Source: an uncultured Desulfarculus sp. (GTDB lineage Bacteria; Desulfobacterota; Desulfarculia; Desulfarculales; Desulfarculaceae). From it: a DNA stretch of 64,000 bases. The notes under the pieces were generated by a model. It saw nothing but the letters and a program-made list of their open reading frames with translations. It was not told the origin of the DNA and did no database searches. The stretch spans positions 288,001 to 352,000 of the forward strand of contig CAXXUK010000001.1 of assembly GCA_963665125.2 (NCBI GenBank), written 5' to 3'. Made by a program: the position numbers and the translations under genes. Position 1 is the first letter of the stretch. Each line of letters opens with the position of its first letter. Positions 48,744 to 56,644 of this stretch are shown in pieces.

Positions 48744-49256
48744 ATGAGCCGATTGGATGGGGCTGATTCAAGGGCCTCGATAATCATCGCAGCCTTGCTG
48801 GCGGCATTGTGCCTGGCTTTGGCGGCCCCGGGCGACGCCTTTGCGGCGGCGAAAAAGAGCCCGATGGATGAGCCGGATGCTTATGTCATAGGTTTCAACA
48901 AAGACGCCAAGGGCGTGAAGAGAGCCTATGTGGAAGGTACGGCCACGCCAGAGGGGGTGTATCTGACGATAAAGGGCCTTTGGTCCACCCAGCCCGTCAA
49001 GCTCATCGTTCTGCCGGATGACAAGGGACAGGACTTGCGGGTTGATCTGTTCAAGTACCATTGGAAGCCGCCGCTAAGAAGTTGCTCAACGGCGGGAAAG
49101 GGGCAATGCGGCTTTGTCTTCAGCAATCAGGGCGATGTACTCATAAAAATCACCGCGCCGGACGGCCCGGCCAAAGTGTACGTGGCCGCGGAGATCGGCC
49201 TGGAAGAAACGCCCAAAATGAAGTCTGTCCTTGTGCCAAAGGGGGTCAGGCAATGA
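48744..49256 (+). CDS. Secreted hypothetical protein
   Basis: Signal peptide ending AFA; beta-rich mature part with one Cys pair; stop overlaps the next ATG. Confidence 0.7.
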   Translation: MSRLDGADSRASIIIAALLAALCLALAAPGDAFAAAKKSPMDEPDAYVIGFNKDAKGVKRAYVEGTATPEGVYLTIKGLWSTQPVKLIVLPDDKGQDLRVDLFKYHWKPPLRSCSTAGKGQCGFVFSNQGDVLIKITAPDGPAKVYVAAEIGLEETPKMKSVLVPKGVRQ

Positions 49257-49894
49257 AAAAAGCAGGCATGATCAAAGTGAATTCGTATGGCCTCCGTTTG
49301 GTGGCTGCCATTGGCCTGTTGACCGTGGCGCTTGTTATCACGGCAAGGCCCGTCATGGCCTTCGGTCCGGTGGGCGCCGGGGCGTCCAAGTTTGGGGATC
49401 TGAGCCAGAAACTCGACGAGTATTGGGAAAAGAAAAAACCTTTGGACCCCGACGAAAAAGGCGGAGGCCCAGATTATGATCCGCCGGGCATGCCCGAGGT
49501 GCCGGTTTCCTGCGGCGACAACAACGACTGCTGGAAATGCTATAAAAAGGCCAACGAAAAGATAGAAAAGTTAAGGGTTTCATTTGAAAAGCTGCGCATA
49601 CTCTACAAAGACACCGACGAGTACACCAAGGCGGCGATTGCCTTTGGCGATGGCGTGGCTGGTTCGGCGGGTGTCGGCGCGTTGGAGTGGGCCCATCAGC
49701 GCGGCAATATCAGAAAGTCGTTCAAGGCCTTTGAAGCGGCCTATAAAAAGAAGTACGCCGAGTTGTTGGACAAGCTGAAACAGGCCTTGCTGGAGGTTGC
49801 CGCGTGCGAACGTGCGTATTTCAATGAACTGGACTGGTACGCCCGCTACGGTTACATGTTCCACACCTTTATGGCCCTGAATTACCAAAAATAA
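49253..49894 (+). CDS. Secreted alpha-helical hypothetical protein
   Basis: ATGA overlap at 49253-49256; signal peptide ending VMA; PPGMPEVPVSC..DCWKCY, long helices, ACE...DWYARYGYMF. Confidence 0.7.
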   Translation: MKKAGMIKVNSYGLRLVAAIGLLTVALVITARPVMAFGPVGAGASKFGDLSQKLDEYWEKKKPLDPDEKGGGPDYDPPGMPEVPVSCGDNNDCWKCYKKANEKIEKLRVSFEKLRILYKDTDEYTKAAIAFGDGVAGSAGVGALEWAHQRGNIRKSFKAFEAAYKKKYAELLDKLKQALLEVAACERAYFNELDWYARYGYMFHTFMALNYQK

Positions 49895-49903
49895 GCGATA
49901 TCA

Positions 49904-49942
49904 GGTTCCCCGGCTGGCAAACGCGTTACCGGCCGGGGAACC
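49904..49942. terminator. Bidirectional terminator hairpin
   Basis: GGTTCCCCGGCTGG...CCGGCCGGGGAACC between convergent genes. Confidence 0.65.
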
Positions 49943-49952
49943 GTTGTTTTGC

Positions 49953-52900
49953 CTATTGGGCGGCGTCCGGCGCCACCACCTGAACCCCGATCTTGGGCCC
50001 GTCCTTGGTCACGCGCATCAGGGTGCTTCGGCCCGCCTCCACCAATACATTTCGCTGGACCATCTCCCCCTTGGGCGAATCCAGGACAACGTCGTAATAA
50101 CCGGCGGGCAGGCTGAGTTCCTCGCCGGCTACTCCCCTGGCCACTTCCTGGCCCCTGGAGTCGCGGACCGTATAGGGTATGGCCAGGGTCTTGGCCATGG
50201 CCGTTTTAAGCCCTTGCTGATCGGCCGCGTCGAGATAGCGGCCCTTGCCTGCCTTGGTGGCCTGTTCCATCTGCTCGCGGGTCTTGGGGTCGTTCACCGC
50301 GAAGCCCACCACGTGCAGGCGCACGTCCAGACCTTGGGCCCGCAGGTCGTCGATTGTCTTGACCAGGTTGCCCTTGCATTCCTCCTTGCCGTCGGTGACC
50401 AGGATGATGGTCTTTTCGCCCTTGGACTGGCCAAAGTCCTTGACCGTCTGGCTCAGGGAATAGGCGATGGGCGTGGTGCCCAGGGGCTTAACGGCTTTTA
50501 TCTTGGAGATGAGCTTGGCCTTGTCCAGTTTGCCAAAGGAATAGACCAACTCGGTGTCCTGGCAGTCGCCGGGGCGGCCTTCCCGGATGCGGTGGCCGTA
50601 GACGCGCAGGGCCACTTCCACGTCCGGCGGCAACTGCTCGATCAACTCTGTCAGGACCTGCTTGGCGATATCCATGCGCGACTTGCCGCCCAGCTTTCTG
50701 TTCATGGAGCCGCTGCCGTCCAGAACCAGTTCGATGCGGGGCGGCACGGCGATTTGGGCGATGCGCTCGCCCTCGGTCTTGACCAGCAAGGTGCCTGGCT
50801 TGAAGCTCCAGGTGGGTTGCAGGTAATAGGTCGTGCCGCTCATCAGTTCCTGGGCGATTTGCTTGTACACGCCGACAAGCTGGTCCACGTTGGGCACATA
50901 GATAAAGCGCCCGCCGCTGGCTAGCGAAATGTGGCGCAACAGGCGGCTTCCGGTGAGTCCGGCTTTGGGGTTGTAGGCCTTTAGTTCTCCGCCCAGGCCG
51001 ATGGTGAAAAGCCGCACGGGGTTGCCGTCCAAGACCTCCCAGAACTGCGGGTATTTCAGGGCGCTGCCCATGTCCACGCCATCGGTCATCACGACCATGG
51101 CCCCGGCTCCCTTGGCCCCGCTCAACATTTCGATGCCCTTGTCCACGGCATCGTACAGACGGGTGGCCATTTCGGCCTTGAATTCGTCGGCAACTGCGGA
51201 AAGCAGCTTGTTCTTGTCGCTGGTGAACTCGCTGGTCAGCACATGCAGGTTGTTGTTGAAGGCGATGAGGGCCAGCTTTTCGCTGGGCTGGACATTCTCG
51301 ATAAATCCGGTCACCGCCTTTTGCAGCAGTTCGGTGTGGTTGGCCATGCTGCCCGAGACGTCCCAGGCCAGGACAATATTGGCCGGGGTTGTCTGGGCCT
51401 CCAAAAGATACCGGCCCGGATCAACCCGCCAAGACACGATGGTCTTGGGGCTGGAGTTGCGCTGGGGCTCAAATACGGCCACCTCGCGGCCCTGGCTGTC
51501 GCGCAGGGTGAACCGGGTACGCAGGAAGGGCAGGCCCATCAGTTCCAGGTTGAGCATGCCGGGCCGGTCGCCTTCCAGGTTCAGCGAATAGTAATGGCGC
51601 TGGTTGTAGTCCTTGAACGGCGCCATCACCCGTTTGCCGAGCTCCAGGGCCGGGGCGCTGCCAGGCGTAAGGCCGGGCCGGACCGATGACGTGACCAGCG
51701 CGGGGTCGGGTTTGGGGGCTGCCGCGCCCTCGGAGGCCAGGGGCCGCACCGGCCTGGACAACAGCGAAGTATAGCCAGGCGCATGGCCTTCGATAATGGC
51801 CACCTTGCCCAGGCTGGTGAATCTGCCGCCCTGGTTTTCCAGGATGCGCAGCTTGATGAACCTGGCCTTGCGCTTGATGGGAATGGTGTGGCTGGGGCTG
51901 TCGGCGGGCATCTCGGCCCTGGCCACCTCCACGAAACCGCCGGTGGGGCTGTCCGTGGAGACCAGAACGGCGATTTCCTTGGGCCTGGTCTTGGCGTCAA
52001 ACCCGGAGTCCAGTTCCAGCTCCAGCCTGTCGATCAGGGCCTCGCCGTCATCACGCAGGCAGAAGACGAATTCCTGGGGAAGCTGGTCGTTGTCCGAACG
52101 CCAGCCCCGGCCCTTGCGCTGCCTTTGCAGGGTGTTGACAGCCTCGCCGCCGTAGTACTGGGAGGTGTAACGCAACACCGCCCCGCCAAAGGCCGGCAGG
52201 GCCAGATCAACCTCGACGTCCTTGACTATGGAGTCCGGGCCCTGCTCCTCAATGATTTCCACCTCGGCCAATTGGGTGCGCCGCGAACCGCCGTAATTTG
52301 ATTTTATGATCAGTTTTAGATACTTGGCCTGAATACCCGGCAGGGGGATGACCTGGCGCGCGGCAACTGGCCGCAGCTCTCTGGCAGCCGCCAGTTTGTA
52401 TCCCGAATCCGGCGACTGTTCCGAGACCCACACTTCCACCATGCGGGGCAGGCTGGACAGGCAATTTTCATCGCCGGAGCAGGACTGGCAGTCCAGGACC
52501 ACCGCCTTCAACCGTGCGCTGCGGTTCTGGTTGAACGAAAAAACGATTTCCTGGGGAAACTTGTTGTCCGAAGAGGCCCAGCCGCAGGCAGGCTTGCAGT
52601 CTTCGCCGCCATAGCCGAAGCCGTCGTTGAGCCCGTCTTGGGACCAGTATGTCTTGTTGGCCTGTGATGTGGCCGAGACCACCTTGCCGCCCAGGCCTTG
52701 ATGGGCCAGGTTGGCCCCGGCCGGTGGCGCGGCCTCGTCCGGCAACAATGCCGATTCATGGGTTGATTGGATGCGGAGGTCAACCGTGGCCAGTAGCTTG
52801 TCGTCCTTGAACACCTCCGCGCGGTATTGCCCCGGCCAAAATCCGCCTTTGGGCGGCAGGAACGCGTCGGTGCTCCAGTCGTTGACCCGCAGGATTGTCG

Positions 52901-53894
52901 GTGTGGAAGTGAGCTTTTTCCCGGCGGGCAGGCCCTCCACCTGGACCGCCGACCACTTGACCCTGACAATGTCCTTCAGCCCGGGATCCAGGCTGCGCAT
53001 GGCCAGGTAGATTTTGACGTCGTCTGTGTTGAATACGGCGGGCTTGTCGGTTGGGGCCTTGTTGGCGTCGACCGCCCGGGCGCAGACGATCTCGATGCCG
53101 CCGCTGGCGGTGACCTGGGCCTGGGCCCCTGGGGTGGCCTGTGGCCGGGGCTCAGCCGGTTGGGCCGCCGCTGTGGCCGTGGCAGGGGGGGCTGTGGGCT
53201 CCGCTGAGGCCTGCGTGGCGGCCGGCTGGGCCTGGCTGGTTGGCCGTTGCCTGTTGTTGTCGTCCTTGCGGGCCGGGGTGCTCATCTCCTTGTCCAGGAA
53301 ATCGCCGACAACCTTGATGCCCTCCTGGGCCGCCTCGGGTCCCTGTTTGGTCTTGAAGACATGGGTCAGGGCGTCGCTGACGTTTTCCTGCTTGCCCGAC
53401 GGCCCGGCGGCCGGAGCCTCGAGAGTCGCCTTTTGCTGCGCCGTGGTTAGAGGCATCGGCTTGACCACGAAGCCCAGGGCCTTTTGCCGCTGCCCTTCAA
53501 CGGCCAGGGAGACGCGGTAGAGCCCGGCGGGCAGACCCTTGTCAGCGGAGCGGAAGGGCGCGAACTTGGTCTGACCTGGCCCCAGGGCCAAGGTGTCCTG
53601 ACCCAGGCTCTGTCCGCTGTCCAGGCCCGATACCTTTACCGCCTCCCAGCTCAACTCCACCACCACCGGCTTTGGGTAGCCGGAGGTCACCGCCACGGTG
53701 AAGCCCTTGGCCCCTTCCGGGACCACCAGGGTTTTTTCGTATTCGCCGCTGACCAGGTCGGCCTTGCTGCAAATCGCCGCTTCCAACTGGCCGGCCTGGG
53801 CGGGAGGTCCGTTTAAGAGCAGAAGCAGGCACGCCAATAAAACCATTGAAATGAGTTGTCTGGTTTTTGGGGCGGATTTCGATTTGTCGTGCAT
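49953..53894 (-). CDS. Large secreted protein with two discoidin/F5-8C-like domains and two vWA domains
   Basis: Signal peptide (AQA); Ala/Pro/Gln linker; two WxS...PQE(I/F)VF...(K/R)(Y/F)(L/I)KL.I..N.GG repeats; MIDAS DVSGSM and DGSGSM with TDG motifs. Confidence 0.8.
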   Translation of the reverse strand: MHDKSKSAPKTRQLISMVLLACLLLLLNGPPAQAGQLEAAICSKADLVSGEYEKTLVVPEGAKGFTVAVTSGYPKPVVVELSWEAVKVSGLDSGQSLGQDTLALGPGQTKFAPFRSADKGLPAGLYRVSLAVEGQRQKALGFVVKPMPLTTAQQKATLEAPAAGPSGKQENVSDALTHVFKTKQGPEAAQEGIKVVGDFLDKEMSTPARKDDNNRQRPTSQAQPAATQASAEPTAPPATATAAAQPAEPRPQATPGAQAQVTASGGIEIVCARAVDANKAPTDKPAVFNTDDVKIYLAMRSLDPGLKDIVRVKWSAVQVEGLPAGKKLTSTPTILRVNDWSTDAFLPPKGGFWPGQYRAEVFKDDKLLATVDLRIQSTHESALLPDEAAPPAGANLAHQGLGGKVVSATSQANKTYWSQDGLNDGFGYGGEDCKPACGWASSDNKFPQEIVFSFNQNRSARLKAVVLDCQSCSGDENCLSSLPRMVEVWVSEQSPDSGYKLAAARELRPVAARQVIPLPGIQAKYLKLIIKSNYGGSRRTQLAEVEIIEEQGPDSIVKDVEVDLALPAFGGAVLRYTSQYYGGEAVNTLQRQRKGRGWRSDNDQLPQEFVFCLRDDGEALIDRLELELDSGFDAKTRPKEIAVLVSTDSPTGGFVEVARAEMPADSPSHTIPIKRKARFIKLRILENQGGRFTSLGKVAIIEGHAPGYTSLLSRPVRPLASEGAAAPKPDPALVTSSVRPGLTPGSAPALELGKRVMAPFKDYNQRHYYSLNLEGDRPGMLNLELMGLPFLRTRFTLRDSQGREVAVFEPQRNSSPKTIVSWRVDPGRYLLEAQTTPANIVLAWDVSGSMANHTELLQKAVTGFIENVQPSEKLALIAFNNNLHVLTSEFTSDKNKLLSAVADEFKAEMATRLYDAVDKGIEMLSGAKGAGAMVVMTDGVDMGSALKYPQFWEVLDGNPVRLFTIGLGGELKAYNPKAGLTGSRLLRHISLASGGRFIYVPNVDQLVGVYKQIAQELMSGTTYYLQPTWSFKPGTLLVKTEGERIAQIAVPPRIELVLDGSGSMNRKLGGKSRMDIAKQVLTELIEQLPPDVEVALRVYGHRIREGRPGDCQDTELVYSFGKLDKAKLISKIKAVKPLGTTPIAYSLSQTVKDFGQSKGEKTIILVTDGKEECKGNLVKTIDDLRAQGLDVRLHVVGFAVNDPKTREQMEQATKAGKGRYLDAADQQGLKTAMAKTLAIPYTVRDSRGQEVARGVAGEELSLPAGYYDVVLDSPKGEMVQRNVLVEAGRSTLMRVTKDGPKIGVQVVAPDAAQ

Positions 53895-54079
53895 GGCGAT
53901 CTCCTCGCATCAGGCCGGGTATGTATGGATTCTACCCATTATATGGTCGATTCAGACGAATATATAGATTTATATGCTCTCCGTTATTTGCGATTTCAAT
54001 AATAAAGATAAAGTTCGAAGGGCGTGGGCTTGGCTCGAATCAGATGCAAGACGCAACAGCCCGCGAGGGGAATTGAAAA

Positions 54080-54104
54080 GCCGCCCTTTGGAGGGGCGGC
54101 CTTT
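54080..54104 (-). terminator. Intrinsic terminator after the QueG-like gene
   Basis: GCCGCCCTT-loop-AGGGGCGGC flanked by A/T tracts. Confidence 0.6.
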
Positions 54105-54129
54105 GATTGATGATTGACGTGCCGGCTGT

Positions 54130-55254
54130 TTATGCGGCCTTCAGGCGCTCCAAGGCCTGTTCGGCCTCTTGGCGGACGGCTCCGTCGCTCTGGGCCGCGA
54201 AACCCTCCAGGGCCTGTTTGGCTTCGTCGCCGCCCAGGCGGCCCAGGGACCAGGCGATCATGCCCAAAACCCGCTCGTCGCTGTTTTCGCCGAACGCGCG
54301 GATCAATTCCGGTACATATTTGCGATCCAGGGTGTTGCCCATGGCCCGGGCCACGTTCATTTTCCACAGCCACAGCTTGTCCGAGTTCAGGTAGAACATG
54401 TGCGGCCAGATGTGTTTTTCAAAATAGGCCGTGTCCATGTGCAGCAGTTTGGTCAACTCGAAGTCCGCCGCCTTGGCAGCCGCCCGTGGGTTGGCGGGCA
54501 GGTTGCGCGACAGCCAGGCCGTATTGCGGGGGCAGACGTTCTGGCAGCGGTCGCAGCCGTAGACCCAGGTGCCCATCTGTTCGCGCATCTCCAGGGGGGT
54601 GATCTTCCGGGCGAAGTAGGTTAGAAACGAGATGCATTTTTGGGGGTTGAGCCTGCGGGGGCCTTTGATGGCCCCGGTGGGGCAGGCGGCGATGCAGGCG
54701 TTTTTGCACCAGGTCGGACAGGTCACCTCCTCCGTGGGGGTGTCCGGCTCAAACTCGGCGTCGACCAAGAGCACATAGGGGATGACCCAGGAACTGTTGG
54801 CGTTGGTGCGGTTGGCGTACAGGAAATTGTTTTTACCAAAGCTGGCCACCCCGGCCCTGGCCGCCGACATGCGGTGGGGCAGGTTGGGAGCACCCTTGGA
54901 GCCGATGCCGTTGTCGCGCAGGAAGCTCCGGAAGGACTTCATCTGCACGTACATGTTGTCCTTGGTGACCCGGTCGTCGTCTTGGTAACAACGGCCGAAA
55001 TGGGCCTCCAGTTCCGGCGGGAAGGCCTGGGCGAAGTAGTTGTTCAACAGCACGATTATGGACTTGGCCTCGGGGTAGACCGTCTTGGGGTCTGTGCCTT
55101 CCATAAGCTGGCCGACCCTGATCAGGAAGCCATAGTCCTCCGCGCGTTCCTCCAGAACCTTCCGCTGGGACTCAAAAGGCTCGGCCGTGGCAAAGCCGAT
55201 ATCCACAAAGCCCAGTTCCAGGGCCTTGGCGCTGATTTCTTGTTTGGTTACGAT
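54130..55254 (-). CDS. Epoxyqueuosine reductase QueG-like cobalamin/Fe-S protein with C-terminal HEAT repeats (start uncertain)
   Basis: ALELGFVDIGF; AARAGVASFGKN; CKNACIAACPTGAI; KCISFLT; VYGCDRCQNVCPRN; NVARAMGN; AWSLGRLG. Confidence 0.8.
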   Translation of the reverse strand: MVTKQEISAKALELGFVDIGFATAEPFESQRKVLEERAEDYGFLIRVGQLMEGTDPKTVYPEAKSIIVLLNNYFAQAFPPELEAHFGRCYQDDDRVTKDNMYVQMKSFRSFLRDNGIGSKGAPNLPHRMSAARAGVASFGKNNFLYANRTNANSSWVIPYVLLVDAEFEPDTPTEEVTCPTWCKNACIAACPTGAIKGPRRLNPQKCISFLTYFARKITPLEMREQMGTWVYGCDRCQNVCPRNTAWLSRNLPANPRAAAKAADFELTKLLHMDTAYFEKHIWPHMFYLNSDKLWLWKMNVARAMGNTLDRKYVPELIRAFGENSDERVLGMIAWSLGRLGGDEAKQALEGFAAQSDGAVRQEAEQALERLKAA

Positions 55255-55442
55255 GATGCACCTCCAGTCTGATTCCTGGATTATGCCATAAGACCGTTCG
55301 GTATATATAGAAAAAAATGAAGGGCCTTTTGGGGTAGAACTAAACATATGTAGACTAAAAATGCGGTCTGCGGTATCCTGAATCAGGCCGAGGGGGAGTT
55401 TTTCTCGGGCCGGAGTGCTTGGATATTATGGGGTAAAAAGCC

Positions 55443-56642
55443 GTGAATACAGCAGTTTGCGCCGAAAAAGCCATCGTGCATCTAAACGTGGCCGACTTTG
55501 CCGTGGCCGTGGAGCGCCTTAGTCAGCCGGGCCTGCACGACCGCCCGGTGATCGTGGCCCCACTGGGCGCGGCACGGGCCCGCGTTTACGACATGAGCGA
55601 GGAAGCGTTCCAGGCTGGAGTCCGCAAGCACATGCCCCTGGACCTGGCCCGCCGCCGCTGCGCCGGGGCACGTATTGTGGCGCCCCGGCCCCACCGCTAC
55701 GAACAAGCCATGCGCGAGCTGATGTCCCTGGCCCTGCCGTTTTCGCCCCTGGTGGAGAGCGAGGACGACACCGGCCATGTGTTCGTGGATTTAAGCGGCA
55801 CCCGGCGGCTGTTCGGCCCGGCCAGGGACGTGGCCTGGCGCATGCGCCGGGAGGCCAGGGGCCGCCTGGGCCTGGACCCGATATGGGGCCTGGCCACGGG
55901 CAAGATGATGGCCAAGGCCGCCACCCGGGTGGTCAAACCCAACGGCGAGCATATCGTCGAACCCGGCTCCGAGGCCGCGTTTCTGCGTCCCTTGCCCTTG
56001 CACCTGCTGCCCGGCCTGGAGGCCCCGGACCTGGCCGTCCTGGCCCAGTACAACCTGCGCCGGGTTGACCAGGCCCTGGCCTGGCGCGCCGAGCATTTCA
56101 CGGCCATCTTCGGCAAACGCGGGGCCGAGATCTACGACCTGTTGCGGGGCCGGGACGAAACGCCGGTGCTGCCCGCCGGCCTGAAGCCGCCGGTGGTGCG
56201 CCTGGACCACGAATTCGAGGACGACACCAATGACGCGGGCCTGGTGGAGCGCCGTTTGTTTCTGTTGGCGGAGCGGGCCGGGGCCGCGCTAAGGCGCATG
56301 GGCAAGGCCGCCCGGCGGGTGGCCGTGGCGCTAACCTACAGCGACGGCGCGCGGGTCATTCGCCAGCGCTCCCACGCCCTGGGCACGGCCAATGATTTTC
56401 TGCTTTACGACCTGGCCGGGGCGGCCCTGGACATGGCCTGGCAGCGGCGGGTGCGCCTGCGCCATCTGCGCCTGATCTGCGACCGTCTGGTCTATCCTCC
56501 GGCCCAGCTCGATTTGCCGTTCATGCTGGACCCCGCCGAATTGCGCAGCATGCGCCGGGACAAGCTGGTCGGCGCCCTGGACAGCATCCGCGTCCGTCAC
56601 GGCTTCGGGGCCGTGCGCCTGGGCCGGGCCATGGAAGGCTAG
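55443..56642 (+). CDS. imuB: Y-family polymerase homologue, probably catalytically inactive (ImuB-like)
   Basis: IVHLNVADFAVAVE replaces DMDxFxxxVE; VESEDDTGHVFVD replaces SIDE; LPLHLLPGL; QLDLPF clamp-binding-like motif; adjacent to a dnaE paralog. Confidence 0.75.
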   Translation: MNTAVCAEKAIVHLNVADFAVAVERLSQPGLHDRPVIVAPLGAARARVYDMSEEAFQAGVRKHMPLDLARRRCAGARIVAPRPHRYEQAMRELMSLALPFSPLVESEDDTGHVFVDLSGTRRLFGPARDVAWRMRREARGRLGLDPIWGLATGKMMAKAATRVVKPNGEHIVEPGSEAAFLRPLPLHLLPGLEAPDLAVLAQYNLRRVDQALAWRAEHFTAIFGKRGAEIYDLLRGRDETPVLPAGLKPPVVRLDHEFEDDTNDAGLVERRLFLLAERAGAALRRMGKAARRVAVALTYSDGARVIRQRSHALGTANDFLLYDLAGAALDMAWQRRVRLRHLRLICDRLVYPPAQLDLPFMLDPAELRSMRRDKLVGALDSIRVRHGFGAVRLGRAMEG

Positions 56643-56644
56643 TT

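Noticed and set aside
54130..55254. Reductive dehalogenase
   Set aside because: No Tat signal or rdhB anchor; KCIS, GCDxCQxVCP and HEAT tail match QueG-like proteins
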